From Chloroflexota bacterium (GTDB lineage Bacteria > Chloroflexota > Dehalococcoidia > Dehalococcoidales > JAUVZV01), in NCBI GenBank assembly GCA_030602375.1, contig JAUVZV010000001.1, positions 2,630-66,629 of the forward strand: 64,000 nt of DNA, written 5' to 3'. Shown here in pieces: positions 52,525 through 63,095 of the stretch. Both the position numbers and the translations under genes were made by a program. The stretch's first letter is position 1. Each line of letters begins with the position of its first letter. The notes under the pieces are model-generated. The model ran no database searches. It was given only the letters and a program-made list of their open reading frames with translations, and was not told where the DNA came from.

Positions 52525-54102
52525 ATGCGAAGCGACATTGTAAGAGATAGGAGAAGATTCTTTAATGCCATGGGGCGGACGGATGCGGAGATGGAGAGAC
52601 CGATGGTAGCTGTAGCCAATTCCCAAAATGAGCTAGTGCCCGGGCATGTGCATCTGGGGGAAATTACGCGCTCAGCCAAGGATGGGATTATCTCCGAGGG
52701 AGGGACACCCTTTGAATTCGGCACTATCGCTGTTTGTGACGGCTTGGCGCAGGGGCATGCTGGCATGTGCTATCCACTGCCCAGCCGTGAGTTGATAGCT
52801 GATTCCATTGAAATCATGGTCGAGGCTCACCTCCTTGATGCCCTGGTTCTGGTAACCGGTTGTGATAAGATAACCCCGGCAATGCTGATGGCGGCTGCCA
52901 GACTGGATTTACCTGCCATCTTGATTAATGGCGGCCCGATGCTCTCAATAAGGGAAGAAGACGCAAGCGGCGCACCAGTTGACTTCATTACCTGCGGTTC
53001 CTGCACTGGTATGTGGACTGCCAACACCATGGCCTGTATGGCTGAGGCGCTGGGCTTAACCCTCCCCTGGAATAGCTGTATCCCGGCAGTTTATGGCAAG
53101 AGAAGAGCCTTAGCTAAAGAATCCGGAGCCAAGGTTATGCAGTTATGGCGTAACAACATTACACCTTCGCGTATCTTAAGCCGTAAAGCTTTTGAGAATG
53201 CAATTACGGTGGATATGGCTATCGGCGGTTCTACCAATACCGTCCTGCACCTGCCGGCTATTGCCAATGAAGCCGGCATTCCCCTAGATTTAGACCTCTT
53301 CGATAAGATAAGCAAGAGAACCCCACGAATATGTAACTTTAACCCCTACGGACCCTACTTCCTTGAAGACCTATATACCTCCGGCGGACTGCAAGTAGTG
53401 ATGAAGGAGCTTTCTAAAAAAGGGCTACTTCACCTTGATGTCCCCACCGTTAGTGGTAAGACGCTGGGTGAAATCCTGGAAGGTGTTACAACCCCACAAA
53501 ATGATGTGGTAAGAAGCATTGATAGCCCCTACCACCCAGAAGGAGGAATCGCCATCCTTTACGGGAACCTGGCACCGAAAGGCGCTGTAGTTAAACAAGC
53601 GGCAGTAAGACCCCAGATGTTCAAGCACCAAGGTCCAGCCAGGGTTTTTAATATTATGGAGGAAGCAGTAGAGGCAATAAAGTCAGGCAAGATAGATAAG
53701 GGAGACGTAGTAGTAATCAGATATGAGGGACCAAAGGGCGGGCCAGGATTTAGAGAAATGCTCTACGCCACCCGGGCAATAGTGGGTATGGGTCTGGATG
53801 GTAATGTGGCTCTGGTTACTGATGGCAGGTTTTCCGGAGCTACCAAAGGGGCAGCCATCGGCCATGTTTCTCCAGAGGCTATGGAAGGCGGGACAATAGC
53901 TATTGTTGAGGAAGGAGACATTATCGAGATAGATATACCCGGAAAGACCTTGAAGGTGAGGTTAACCCAAGAAGAGATAGATAAGCGTTTAGCTAAATGG
54001 TCACCACCGCCACTAAAAAGAGGGGTCAAGCCCTATCTGCGAAGGTACTCTGCCATGGTAACCTCAGCCAGCACCGGGGCTGTCCTTAAACCACCAGCCT
54101 AG
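52525..54102 (+). CDS. ilvD: dihydroxy-acid dehydratase (IlvD/Edd family)
   Basis: MRSD..., [23 protein letters not shown] and TDGRFSGAT motifs. Confidence 0.85.
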   Translation: MRSDIVRDRRRFFNAMGRTDAEMERPMVAVANSQNELVPGHVHLGEITRSAKDGIISEGGTPFEFGTIAVCDGLAQGHAGMCYPLPSRELIADSIEIMVEAHLLDALVLVTGCDKITPAMLMAAARLDLPAILINGGPMLSIREEDASGAPVDFITCGSCTGMWTANTMACMAEALGLTLPWNSCIPAVYGKRRALAKESGAKVMQLWRNNITPSRILSRKAFENAITVDMAIGGSTNTVLHLPAIANEAGIPLDLDLFDKISKRTPRICNFNPYGPYFLEDLYTSGGLQVVMKELSKKGLLHLDVPTVSGKTLGEILEGVTTPQNDVVRSIDSPYHPEGGIAILYGNLAPKGAVVKQAAVRPQMFKHQGPARVFNIMEEAVEAIKSGKIDKGDVVVIRYEGPKGGPGFREMLYATRAIVGMGLDGNVALVTDGRFSGATKGAAIGHVSPEAMEGGTIAIVEEGDIIEIDIPGKTLKVRLTQEEIDKRLAKWSPPPLKRGVKPYLRRYSAMVTSASTGAVLKPPA

Positions 54103-54128
54103 GATACTATCTTTAACTGGATAGTTTC

Positions 54129-56504
54129 TTAACGCTTTTTCTCCTTAAGTGCTTTAAGGATTTTCTCCCTAGTAATTGGCAAATCCGTTATTCTCACCCC
54201 AACTGCATCGTAAATAGCGTTGGCAATTGAAGGTGCTATCGGTGGCACCAGGACTTCGGCTATCCCTTTAGCCCCATATGGGTTATCCTTATGGGGCACC
54301 GGTGCCATCAGCAGCGTAACATTCTGGTTAGCCGGCATATCCTGAAAGGTTGTCACGAGGTAGTCCCTGAGGTTGGGGTTAAGGACTCTACCCTCATCCA
54401 TTATCATCTCTTCCCACAAGGCAATACCAATACCCATACCCAGAGCACCTTCCATCTGCTGCTGGCACATCTTGGGGTTTACCGGAAAACCCATATCACC
54501 AGCGGTAGCCACCTTTTCTATCTTCACTTCCCCGGTCTCTACATTAACCGCTAGTTCAGTAACCTGGGCTGCATAGCTATAGAAAGAGGCAGCCCGCAGT
54601 CCTTTCCGGGCAGCCTCAGGGTCAATCTCCCCGGTTTTGAGATTCTCGTAGACAAAGGGCTGATTCCACACTCCCCTGCCTACTATCTCCCCCCTTTCTT
54701 CCAAAAAGGCGCCAAACGCTTGTGGTGAGGTTGGTCTCTCAACGATAAAGAGTTCTTTGACCCTGATTGAGCGAGCTGGAGAAGATTTGATATAAACTTC
54801 ACCATCAGCAGTCTCAAGGTCTTCAGGTAGCACCCCCAGCCTGGGTGCGGCAAGCTCAAATAGCTGCTTTTTGGCATCCTGGCAAGCAAGGTAAATCGTC
54901 TTGCCTAACTGAAAGGTAGTGCGTGAGGAGGAGGAAGCTGGAAAGTAAGGCGTAGCATCAGTATCTGCGGCTACAATTCTGACCCTGTCTATAGATAAGC
55001 CAAACTCCTCAGCCGCAATCTGAGATAGAACTGTCTTGGCACCCTGACCCACTTCATCTGCGGAGTGACGCAGCTCAATACTGCCGTCTTCCAGTATCCT
55101 CACCAGAGCCACCGCTGCCGTGGGAGCCATGCTGTATTTATTGGCTACGGCTAGCCCCCTCCCCTTCCTCCAGAGACCTTCAGCCTTAACCGGTGTTTTA
55201 CCCCACTCAACCGTTTTGGTTACCTCTTTAAGACACTCCTCAGCACCAATGCTGTGTACAATCTCCCCCTGCGGGTTTGGTTCACCCTCTTTAAGGAAGT
55301 TCTTCATCCTTATCTGGGCAGGGTCAATTCCTAGCTTTTCCGCCAGCATATCCATGTGGGACTCTATTGCCCAGGTTACCTCGTTTGAGCCAAATCCCCT
55401 AAAGGCCAAAGCCGAAGAGGTATTAGTGTAGATACCATAGGAATCTACCTTTAAGTTTGGAGTACGATATGAGCCCATTGTCCCGAAGTTACTATTCCTA
55501 ACCCCCAATATGCCCAGTGAGGAGTAGGCACCAATGTTGAAAAGAAGCCTCATCTCCCTAGCTACAAGGGTGCCATCTCTTCTCACCCCGTCCTTGATAT
55601 AAATAACAGCGGGTATTCTGGTACCGCCACACTTAAACATCTCTTCCCGGGTGAAGCTGTATTTAACCGGTCTATCGGTCTTAAGCGCCAGGGAAATAAC
55701 AATCGGGTCAGCGGTCAGTCCGACCTTGCCACCAAATGAACCGCCAACATTACTCGGGGCAACTACTTTTATCTTTGAAGGCGGGATACCAAAGATTCCA
55801 GTATAGTACTGTTTTAAAAGGTGTATTCCCTGCTGCCCTACCCACACCGTTATGCCGCCATCAGGCTGTCTCTGCGCAATCCAGGTATGAGGCTCCGCCT
55901 CAATATGATGGATTCGGGCTAAGCTAAACCTACCTTCCAGCACCAAGTCAGCCTCTTTAAAGCCCTGCTCCACATCGCCGTGCCGAATCTTATAGTGATG
56001 GGCAACATTGGGTCGCTCCGCAACCGGCTGGGGGGTTAAAAACAGCCCCAACTGGTAACTTAAGAGGTCAGGGTGAACCACAGCGGCTGGGTTTTGCTTA
56101 AAGGCTTCTTCAGGGTCAAATATGGCCGGCAGTTCCTCATATTTGACCTCAATTAGTTCAATTGCTTTTTCGGCAATATCCAAACTGTCAGCGGCTAAAG
56201 CAGCTACCCCCTCCCCTGCATAGCGGACCACATCCTTGGCCAGAATATACTGGTCAAAGACAAACAGCCCATACCTTTTCTCAAGTACATCTTTACCGGT
56301 AAGAACTACCCTTACCCCAGGTAACCTTTCCGCTTTAGAAGTATTAATGCTTAAAATCCTGGCGTGTGCATAAGGACTCCTTAAGATTTTGGCATAAAGC
56401 ATACCCGGCAAACTCATATCGCTGCAGAACCTTGCCTTACCAGTTACCTTCTCCAAGGCATCCAGTCTGGTTACACTCTTACCTAAAACCTTATACTCCG
56501 CCAT
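54129..56504 (-). CDS. xanthine dehydrogenase/aldehyde oxidoreductase family molybdopterin-binding subunit
   Basis: About 790 aa. N-terminus KVLGKSVTRLDALEKVTGKARF and C-terminus GAKGIAE (catalytic Glu region). ATG 56504 lies 1 nt after the small-subunit stop. Confidence 0.85.
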   Translation of the reverse strand: MAEYKVLGKSVTRLDALEKVTGKARFCSDMSLPGMLYAKILRSPYAHARILSINTSKAERLPGVRVVLTGKDVLEKRYGLFVFDQYILAKDVVRYAGEGVAALAADSLDIAEKAIELIEVKYEELPAIFDPEEAFKQNPAAVVHPDLLSYQLGLFLTPQPVAERPNVAHHYKIRHGDVEQGFKEADLVLEGRFSLARIHHIEAEPHTWIAQRQPDGGITVWVGQQGIHLLKQYYTGIFGIPPSKIKVVAPSNVGGSFGGKVGLTADPIVISLALKTDRPVKYSFTREEMFKCGGTRIPAVIYIKDGVRRDGTLVAREMRLLFNIGAYSSLGILGVRNSNFGTMGSYRTPNLKVDSYGIYTNTSSALAFRGFGSNEVTWAIESHMDMLAEKLGIDPAQIRMKNFLKEGEPNPQGEIVHSIGAEECLKEVTKTVEWGKTPVKAEGLWRKGRGLAVANKYSMAPTAAVALVRILEDGSIELRHSADEVGQGAKTVLSQIAAEEFGLSIDRVRIVAADTDATPYFPASSSSRTTFQLGKTIYLACQDAKKQLFELAAPRLGVLPEDLETADGEVYIKSSPARSIRVKELFIVERPTSPQAFGAFLEERGEIVGRGVWNQPFVYENLKTGEIDPEAARKGLRAASFYSYAAQVTELAVNVETGEVKIEKVATAGDMGFPVNPKMCQQQMEGALGMGIGIALWEEMIMDEGRVLNPNLRDYLVTTFQDMPANQNVTLLMAPVPHKDNPYGAKGIAEVLVPPIAPSIANAIYDAVGVRITDLPITREKILKALKEKKR

Positions 56505-56505
56505 C

Positions 56506-57009
56506 TTATCTCCCCTTACCATAACCTGTCCCAGAAACGGACTTTTTCATCTTTTCCTTGGCTGCCATGATGGCTTCGGTTACCTTGACATACCCGGTGC
56601 ACCGGCAGAGGTTACCACTCATCGCCAGGCGTACCTCATCCTCGGTGGCATCTGGGTTTTCATCCAAACAAGCCTTAGCCGTTATTATCATCCCCGGTAT
56701 GCAGTAGCCACATTGCACCGCAAAATGCTCAATAAATGCCTCCTGCAAGGGGTGAAGCCCTTCAGGAGTAGCCAGTCCTTCAATAGTCAGGATTTCCCTT
56801 CCCTGAGCTTGGGGTGCCAGCACTAAACAACTTGATACCACCTTGCCCTCCAAAAGGACATTACAGGCACCGCAGTCACCAGTACCACAAGACACTTTGG
56901 TCCCCAGTAGCCCGAGCTCATCCCGCAACACCTCAGCTAATGTCCGCCATGGCTCAACAAATACCTCACGCATCTCCCCGTTTAGCTTTAACTCCAGGCG
57001 CTGTTTCAT
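56506..57009 (-). CDS. (2Fe-2S)-binding small subunit of the XDH-family enzyme
   Basis: CGTGDCGACNV and QCGYCIPG...CRCTGY motifs. ATG 57009 is preferred over the tracked 57090. Confidence 0.9.
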   Translation of the reverse strand: MKQRLELKLNGEMREVFVEPWRTLAEVLRDELGLLGTKVSCGTGDCGACNVLLEGKVVSSCLVLAPQAQGREILTIEGLATPEGLHPLQEAFIEHFAVQCGYCIPGMIITAKACLDENPDATEDEVRLAMSGNLCRCTGYVKVTEAIMAAKEKMKKSVSGTGYGKGR

Positions 57010-57044
57010 CTTTAAAAGAAACCTCCTTCTGCTTAGGGCAGCTC

Positions 57045-57920
57045 CTATACTGATTTGGCTAGCTTGAGAGCCCCTCTTATCGCCTCCCAAGTCCTGACCC
57101 TGACCATCTCCCGCCGGTATTCAGCCGAACCTCGGACATCATCTATCGGGCTTGATTCATCTGATGTTACCCGGGCAGCCTCCTCAATAAGCCCATCGCT
57201 AATCTTCTGGCCCTTAAGGAGAGCCTCCGCCCTCTTAGCCCTTATCGGTGTTGGTGCTACAGCACCAAGCGCTATATCAACCTCTTCAAAAACACTATCT
57301 CTTATGTCCAGAGTAACCACCGCTGCCACCCCGACTACGGCTAGGCCTGCCGCCCCCTTAACACCATGTTTTAAGTACATCCCACCGGTGTGAGCTGGTA
57401 CGGCAGGTACTTGAATCTCAATCATTAATTCATCAGGCTTAAGAGTAGTGACCCCGGGGCCGATAAAGAACTCCTCAAGAGGAACTATTCTTTCCCCGGC
57501 AGTACCAGTAAGCTTTACCGCCCCCTTAAGGGCAAGCAGGGGTGGTGCCATATCGGCGGAGGGTGCCGCATTACACAAATTACCACCAATTGTAGCCATA
57601 TTCCGTATGGCAATGGTAGCCAGCCGAGCCGCTGCCTGAGAGATAATCCGATAACTTGACTTAAGCTCTGGGGCACGTTCAAGACCAGCAATGGTGGTAA
57701 GGGCACCAATTCTTAGGCCCTTGTCACCATCTAAATGAACATAATTAAGACCGGCGATGCGTCCAAGGTTAATAACATACCGGGGCTTTATTTCCCGCTC
57801 CCTCATCATCACCACTAAATCGGTGCCACCAGCGAGAATCTTGGCTCCTTCCCCGTATTTTTTAAGTAGCGATACCGCCTCTTCAACCGTTGCTGGTTCA
57901 AAATATTCAAAAGGCCCCAT
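57045..57920 (-). CDS. FAD-binding (CoxM/XdhB-like) medium subunit of the XDH-family enzyme
   Basis: FEYFEPATVEEAVSLL...AGGTDLVV and ATIGGNL motifs. ATG 57920 has SD GGAG. Confidence 0.85.
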   Translation of the reverse strand: MGPFEYFEPATVEEAVSLLKKYGEGAKILAGGTDLVVMMREREIKPRYVINLGRIAGLNYVHLDGDKGLRIGALTTIAGLERAPELKSSYRIISQAAARLATIAIRNMATIGGNLCNAAPSADMAPPLLALKGAVKLTGTAGERIVPLEEFFIGPGVTTLKPDELMIEIQVPAVPAHTGGMYLKHGVKGAAGLAVVGVAAVVTLDIRDSVFEEVDIALGAVAPTPIRAKRAEALLKGQKISDGLIEEAARVTSDESSPIDDVRGSAEYRREMVRVRTWEAIRGALKLAKSV

Positions 57921-57957
57921 CTTTCTACTCCACATACATTACCGATTTACTATTAAG

Positions 57958-58581
57958 CTACTGGCTCTTGCCTTGATTTTTGAGCGTCTCCAGTTCCAGA
58001 GTGTAATCCTCCCAGGTATTAATATTACGGAGTATATCGTCGGTAGAAACATCCACTTCGTATATATCATCCTGATGCCGCTGCATCAGCTGCCTTAAGC
58101 CGATGCTTTCATCTAGCCCAAACACCTCATCAAAGTATTTGCGGGAAATAATAACCGGGTGACCATGCTTACCCCGATAACAGGGTAGGACAATGCCGGC
58201 GCTACCTTCAGCAAAGGCAGCAGCAATCTTCCTTAGCATGTCTCCCCCGATGAATGGCTGGTCAACAAGGCAGATTAGAACCCCTCGGGCAGTTTTGCTG
58301 ACGGCGCGCAGTCCACACTGGATTGAGGAAAGCATCCCCCGCTCGTATTCTTCATTTAATACCAAGTGAACCGGGTATTCCTTAAGCTCTGATTGGAGAA
58401 GCTCGTGGTTATAACCCGAGACTACAATAATAGAGCCGGTATTTAGTGCTCCAAGTTTCTGAATAATGGTGCCAATAATATTATTGTCTCCAAAGCTAAG
58501 CAACGGCTTGAATGCCCCCATCCGGCTTGAATACCCAGCGGCGATGATTAGAGCGTCTATGTTATCAAAGTGTGGACTCAT
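57958..58581 (-). CDS. mocA: MobA-like NTP transferase (probable molybdenum cofactor cytidylyltransferase MocA)
   Basis: ALIIAAGYSSRMG...KPLL and LVDQP motifs of the MobA/MocA family. It lies directly upstream of the XDH-family subunits. Confidence 0.65.
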   Translation of the reverse strand: MSPHFDNIDALIIAAGYSSRMGAFKPLLSFGDNNIIGTIIQKLGALNTGSIIVVSGYNHELLQSELKEYPVHLVLNEEYERGMLSSIQCGLRAVSKTARGVLICLVDQPFIGGDMLRKIAAAFAEGSAGIVLPCYRGKHGHPVIISRKYFDEVFGLDESIGLRQLMQRHQDDIYEVDVSTDDILRNINTWEDYTLELETLKNQGKSQ

Positions 58582-58663
58582 ACTTGGTATGCAATATAGC
58601 ACAGCCACCGCTTGGCATCAAGACATTTAGGCTGGTAATGGGGGGAGCTTTTTTAATAAATAT

Positions 58664-59452
58664 TTACCCGGTCTTGACCCTCCAGCCACTGGTGTAAACA
58701 TTCATCCTTTTTCCCCTGACAAAACCGACGAGGGTGATACCCAAACTATCCGCCAGCCTTACCGCCATGTTAGTCGGAGCTGACTTGGAGATAATTACCG
58801 GGATTTTTCTTTTGGCTACCTTGAGTAATATCTCCGAGGAGATTCTGCCGCTGGTGACTATCATCCGCCCATCAAGAGATATGTCTTCCAGGAGACACCG
58901 ACCGAAGATTTTATCAATGGCATTATGCCGGCCAATGTCCTCGGCAAAAATCAGGATTTTCTTCCCGTCAGAGAGGGCAGCGCTGTGAACACCACCTGTT
59001 GCCCTGAAAAGCTGGGAGCGGTATTGAAACTCATAAACTAGGTCAAATATTTCATTAGCCATTACCACAAGTTGAGAATCCACCCTTTCCTGGTCCTGGA
59101 TATCAGCCGCGCTGTAAAAAGAAGCCCCCCGCCCACAACCTGAAGTTATCAGCCGTTTAAATATTTGCTCGGTAGAACCTTTATCCCCCCGGGTTTCCAC
59201 CCTGACCACACCCCTCACCTCATCAACTAAAACCTTCCTGATTTCGTCTTTTCCTTTGATTAATCCCTCAGAATAAAGGAAACCAATAGCTAAATACTTC
59301 AAGTCTACGGGGGAGCAGAGTAAGGTCACCAGTTCCTTTTCGTTCAGAATAATGGTCAGGGGAAGCTCCCTGACCACCTTGTCTATACCATCGCTACTTC
59401 CTTCTTCACCAACGCGCCGGATGGGGAACTCTTCGGTGCTTTCTATCACCAC
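58664..59452 (-). CDS. fdhD: formate dehydrogenase accessory sulfurtransferase FdhD family protein
   Basis: TSGCGRG, GGVHSAAL, EDIGRHNAIDK and SGRISSEILLKVAK...SAPT motifs. Confidence 0.85.
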   Translation of the reverse strand: MVIESTEEFPIRRVGEEGSSDGIDKVVRELPLTIILNEKELVTLLCSPVDLKYLAIGFLYSEGLIKGKDEIRKVLVDEVRGVVRVETRGDKGSTEQIFKRLITSGCGRGASFYSAADIQDQERVDSQLVVMANEIFDLVYEFQYRSQLFRATGGVHSAALSDGKKILIFAEDIGRHNAIDKIFGRCLLEDISLDGRMIVTSGRISSEILLKVAKRKIPVIISKSAPTNMAVRLADSLGITLVGFVRGKRMNVYTSGWRVKTG

Positions 59453-59892
59453 TCTGCCTCCAGCACCTTGACTTCATCCCCCGGCTTTACCACCCCTTCC
59501 CTAATTACCCTGGCAAACACCCCCTCTTTGGGCATCACACACTTGCCTACCTGACGGAAGATGGCACACCCCGAATGGCACTTCTTGCCAATCTGGCTAA
59601 CCTCTAAAATAGCCGCTTCCCCCACCTTAAGTCGCGTGCCTAAAGAAAGCAAGATAAGCTCTATCCCCTCAGTGGTAAGGTTTTCAGCAAAATCCCCGGG
59701 ACCGATATCAAGACCCAGGCTTCGCATTTTATTAATGCTCTCAACGGCAAGCAGGCTCACCTGACGATGGGTATTCAAATCAGCATGGGCATCGCCACTG
59801 AGACCATAATTTTCTTTAAGCCGGCCTTCGGCTACAGCCTCTTTCCTGGTGCCCTTCTTCTCACTCCTACAAACGGCAATTATTTTCGCCAT
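59446..59892 (-). CDS. MOSC domain-containing protein
   Basis: 148 aa. HRQVSLL...GDFAENLTTEG...KKCHSGC fits a stand-alone MOSC domain with its conserved Cys. Confidence 0.75.
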   Translation of the reverse strand: MAKIIAVCRSEKKGTRKEAVAEGRLKENYGLSGDAHADLNTHRQVSLLAVESINKMRSLGLDIGPGDFAENLTTEGIELILLSLGTRLKVGEAAILEVSQIGKKCHSGCAIFRQVGKCVMPKEGVFARVIREGVVKPGDEVKVLEAEW

Positions 59893-59909
59893 GCTCTTAC
59901 CTTCTTCTA

Positions 59910-61088
59910 CTATCTTTCTCTTTTTACCAGTGGTGACATCGCCCTGAGTCTGGCTACAACCGGGGGCAATACCTCCAGGACTCGCTCTATCTCCTCCTCA
60001 CTGGTCCACTTACCCAGCGTAAACCGTAGCGAACCACGGGCTTGTTCTAGCGGTACCCCTAGCGCCAAGAGTACATGGGACGGCTCAGCACTTGGGGAAC
60101 TGCAGGCTGAGCCAGTAGAGGCACAAATGCCCTCAAGATCCAGATTAAGCAGAACGGCTTCCCCTTCCACAAACTTGACAGAAACATTGATATTATTAGG
60201 CAGCCTTCTTTGTGGATGTCCATTTAAGCGGATGTCATCAATCCGCTCCATAAGACCCTTAATCAGTTGGTCACGAAGGTTGACCAGCTGCCCTGCCTCC
60301 TCACTCATCTCTCTTTGGGCAAGCTCTACTGCCTTACCTAAGCCCACGATAGCGGGGACATTTTCCGTGCTTGCCCGGCGCCCCTGCTCCTGTTCCCCGC
60401 CATGCATCAAGGAAACTATCCTGGTGCCCTTTCTAATATATAGTGCCCCCACCCCCTTTGGTCCATAAAGTTTGTGGGCTGAGATAGAGAGCAGGTCCAC
60501 CCCAAGCTCATTTACATCAACCGGGACGTGCCCTACCGTCTGTACCGCATCAGTATGTAAATAAACCCCGGCTTCTTTGGCAATCCTTCCTATCTCAGCT
60601 ATGGGCTCTATGGTACCGATCTCATTATTGGCCTGCATCACCGAAATGAGAATGGTTTTATCGGTAATCACCCTCTTAACATCCTCAGGGTCAACCAGAC
60701 CGTGTTCATCCACTGGAAGGTAAGTTAGGCTAAACCCTCTTGCTTCCAGAAACTTGCATGTTTCAAGGACAGCGTGATGTTCAATGGTAGTGGTGATGAT
60801 GTGATTACCCCTGTCCTCATTGGCAAAGGCAACACCCTCAAGGGCAAAGTTATCTGCCTCGGTACCGCCACTGGTAAAAACAATCTCCTCACTTTCAGCA
60901 CCGATAAGGTCGGCAACTAAGACCCTCGCTTGCTCTATGGCACTCTTTGCTTCTTGACCGCAGACATAGAGGCTTGAAGGATTACCAAATGCCTCGGTAA
61001 AATAAGGCACCATTGCCTTTACTACCTCGGGATGTGTCGGCGTCGTCGCTGCATAGTCAAGGTATATCCTTTTCACTGCCTTCCTCAC
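59910..61088 (-). CDS. nifS: cysteine desulfurase (NifS/IscS type)
   Basis: [19 protein letters not shown] (PLP Lys) and STGSACSS (persulfide Cys). Confidence 0.9.
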   Translation of the reverse strand: MRKAVKRIYLDYAATTPTHPEVVKAMVPYFTEAFGNPSSLYVCGQEAKSAIEQARVLVADLIGAESEEIVFTSGGTEADNFALEGVAFANEDRGNHIITTTIEHHAVLETCKFLEARGFSLTYLPVDEHGLVDPEDVKRVITDKTILISVMQANNEIGTIEPIAEIGRIAKEAGVYLHTDAVQTVGHVPVDVNELGVDLLSISAHKLYGPKGVGALYIRKGTRIVSLMHGGEQEQGRRASTENVPAIVGLGKAVELAQREMSEEAGQLVNLRDQLIKGLMERIDDIRLNGHPQRRLPNNINVSVKFVEGEAVLLNLDLEGICASTGSACSSPSAEPSHVLLALGVPLEQARGSLRFTLGKWTSEEEIERVLEVLPPVVARLRAMSPLVKRER

Positions 61089-61789
61089 CCCCGATTTATT
61101 TCCCTTTTGATTTTCTTCTTCGCCTTTAATTCATCTGCGGGGGGTGCTATCCCACTCGACTGCTCCAGCTTCTTCAGGCGTTCCTCCAGCTTATCCTGCT
61201 CTTCAACGAGAACCCTTAAAGCTTCAGATACTGGGTCAGGTAGCCTGCCGTGCTCCAAATCCAGAATTGGTTTATGGCGCTCCTCTACCGTTCTCCCCGG
61301 GATTCCCACCACTGTAGCCCCGGGTGGCACTGATTCTATGACCACTGAGCCTGAGCCAATTATGGCCTCATCACCGATGGTGATGGCACCCAGGGCTACT
61401 GCCCCAGTGCCAATTACCACATTATTACCCACCGTAGGATGTCGCTTCCCTTTCTTTAAGGTGGTTCCACCCAAAACTACCCCTTGGTACATCAGCACAT
61501 CGTCCCCAATTTCAGTCGTCTCCCCGATGACCACCCCAGCTCCGTGGTCGATGAAGAAACGCCTGCCAATCTTAGCCCCGGGATGGATTTCAATCGCAGT
61601 TAAAAAACGACTAATGTGGGAGAGAAAGCGAGCCAGAAACCGAAGTTTATGTTGCCACAGGTAATGTGCCACACGATAAAACCACAAAGCGTGTAGTCCC
61701 GGATAGCAGAAGATAACCTCCATTACGCTTCTGGCTGCCGGGTCTTTAGCAAAAACCGTTTGAATGTCTTCCCTTAATCTCTTAAACAA
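61085..61789 (-). CDS. cysE: serine O-acetyltransferase
   Basis: N-terminus [18 protein letters not shown] and hexapeptide repeats [25 protein letters not shown]. Confidence 0.9.
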   Translation of the reverse strand: MFKRLREDIQTVFAKDPAARSVMEVIFCYPGLHALWFYRVAHYLWQHKLRFLARFLSHISRFLTAIEIHPGAKIGRRFFIDHGAGVVIGETTEIGDDVLMYQGVVLGGTTLKKGKRHPTVGNNVVIGTGAVALGAITIGDEAIIGSGSVVIESVPPGATVVGIPGRTVEERHKPILDLEHGRLPDPVSEALRVLVEEQDKLEERLKKLEQSSGIAPPADELKAKKKIKREINRG

Positions 61790-61818
61790 GATGGTATCAC
61801 TTCCTCCCTAGAAAGTAA

Positions 61819-62574
61819 TCACGATTTCTCTAAAAACTCGTATCTCCCCTGACAGGCTGGGCAATCCTGACGAGGATTAACCCTGAGCCGCTGAAAGGTG
61901 CCCCGCCAAACATCAATAAAGATGAGGTCACGGTTTACTTCCTCAGCGCCAACCAGTATCTTCATCGCTTCAGCCGCCTCAAGAGAACCAATAACAAAAG
62001 GTGCCGGACCGATTATCCCCGCCGTATCAGAGGTAAAAATTGCCTTTGGGTCAGCACTTGGGAAACGGCACCTAAAGCAAGCCGTTTGGTGTGGGATGAT
62101 AGTCATCGTCATCCCCAAAGAAGCCACCGCCCCACCATAAATCCACGGGATATTTTGCTTTAAAGAGACGTCGTTCATCAGCAGACGAATCTCAAAATTA
62201 TCCGTCCCATCTAAAATCACATTAGCTCCACTAACTAACCCTTCGATACTGGTATGGTTTACCTCAGTGGCTATCCCTTCAACTTCAACCGAGGAATTTA
62301 TCCTCTTTAGATGCCGCTCAGCAGCTATTGCCTTGGGCAACCTTAAGCCTACATCCTCCTCATCGTAAAGGACTTGTCGGTGCAGGTTATGGTATCGGAT
62401 AATATCCCGATCAATAATTCTAACCCTGCCCACACCAGCACGCACCAGTGAGGTGGCAATAGTTGCCCCCAGACCACCGCAACCAATAATCACCACCGAG
62501 CTATTACCCAGTCTTTTTTGCCCCGCCTTACCAATACCAGGGAAAAGGATTTGCCTCGAATACCTATTGGTCAC
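61819..62574 (-). CDS. ThiF/MoeB/HesA-family E1-like adenylyltransferase
   Basis: RYSRQI, GCGGLG nucleotide loop, and CFRC...CPAC zinc motif. Confidence 0.8.
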   Translation of the reverse strand: MTNRYSRQILFPGIGKAGQKRLGNSSVVIIGCGGLGATIATSLVRAGVGRVRIIDRDIIRYHNLHRQVLYDEEDVGLRLPKAIAAERHLKRINSSVEVEGIATEVNHTSIEGLVSGANVILDGTDNFEIRLLMNDVSLKQNIPWIYGGAVASLGMTMTIIPHQTACFRCRFPSADPKAIFTSDTAGIIGPAPFVIGSLEAAEAMKILVGAEEVNRDLIFIDVWRGTFQRLRVNPRQDCPACQGRYEFLEKS

Positions 62575-62575
62575 G

Positions 62576-63013
62576 CTAACTCATCACCCCTTTAGACTGC
62601 TCTTTTTGGCGCTGGCGCTCAACTAAATCCTTTAAGGTGGTAGACTCTAAAACTGCATTTATAGCTTGTTCCAGTTCACCCCACACATCCCGCGTAGCAC
62701 AGAACTCGGAACGTGGACACTCCATAGGGTTGCTCACACACTCTACCGGGGCAATTGAACCCTCAAGAAGCTCAACTACCTCCTTAAGCTTTATCTCTTG
62801 GGGAGGCTTAGCCAGCCATACCCCTCCCCGAGCACCACGGATGCTCTTTACTATCCCGGCGTTTACAAAAGGACTAATTAGATGTTCCAGATATGCCAGC
62901 GGTATCTGCTGCCTTTGGGCAATATCTTTAAGCTGCACTGGACTCTCATTATTGTGCTGGGCCAAATCCAGAAGTGCCCTGGTTCCATATTTCCCTCGGG
63001 AAGAAATCTTCAT
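62576..63013 (-). CDS. Rrf2-family transcriptional regulator (IscR/CymR-like, three Cys ligands)
   Basis: MKISSRGKYGTRALLDLA..., wing GARGG, and Cys cluster CVSNPMECPRSEFC. Confidence 0.9.
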   Translation of the reverse strand: MKISSRGKYGTRALLDLAQHNNESPVQLKDIAQRQQIPLAYLEHLISPFVNAGIVKSIRGARGGVWLAKPPQEIKLKEVVELLEGSIAPVECVSNPMECPRSEFCATRDVWGELEQAINAVLESTTLKDLVERQRQKEQSKGVMS

Positions 63014-63029
63014 CGCCTTACCCCCAATT

Positions 63030-63048
63030 GTTGACTAAAATAATCAAC
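63030..63048. promoter_or_regulatory. candidate Rrf2 operator (imperfect 19-bp palindrome)
   Basis: GTTGACTAAAATAATCAAC: the outer 5 bp are perfectly complementary and 13 of 19 positions are symmetric. It lies between the predicted minus-strand -10 box and the rrf2 SD. Confidence 0.35.
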
Positions 63049-63055
63049 TTTCTCC

Positions 63056-63085
63056 AGTATAAAGCCGGTTAAGAGGCTCTGTCAA
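63056..63085 (-). promoter_or_regulatory. sigma70-type promoter for the rrf2 operon (TTGACA-N18-TATACT on the minus strand)
   Basis: The minus strand has TTGACA at 63085..63080 and TATACT at 63061..63056. Confidence 0.45.
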
Positions 63086-63095
63086 TGGTTTTATT

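Noticed and set aside
59767-60468. 233-aa ORF on the plus strand
   Set aside because: It is antisense to nifS and MOSC. The composition is Ser/Pro/Leu-rich with no recognisable motif. Shadow ORF.
61032-61664. 210-aa ORF on the plus strand
   Set aside because: It is antisense to cysE and nifS, with a low-complexity S/P/T-rich product. Shadow ORF.
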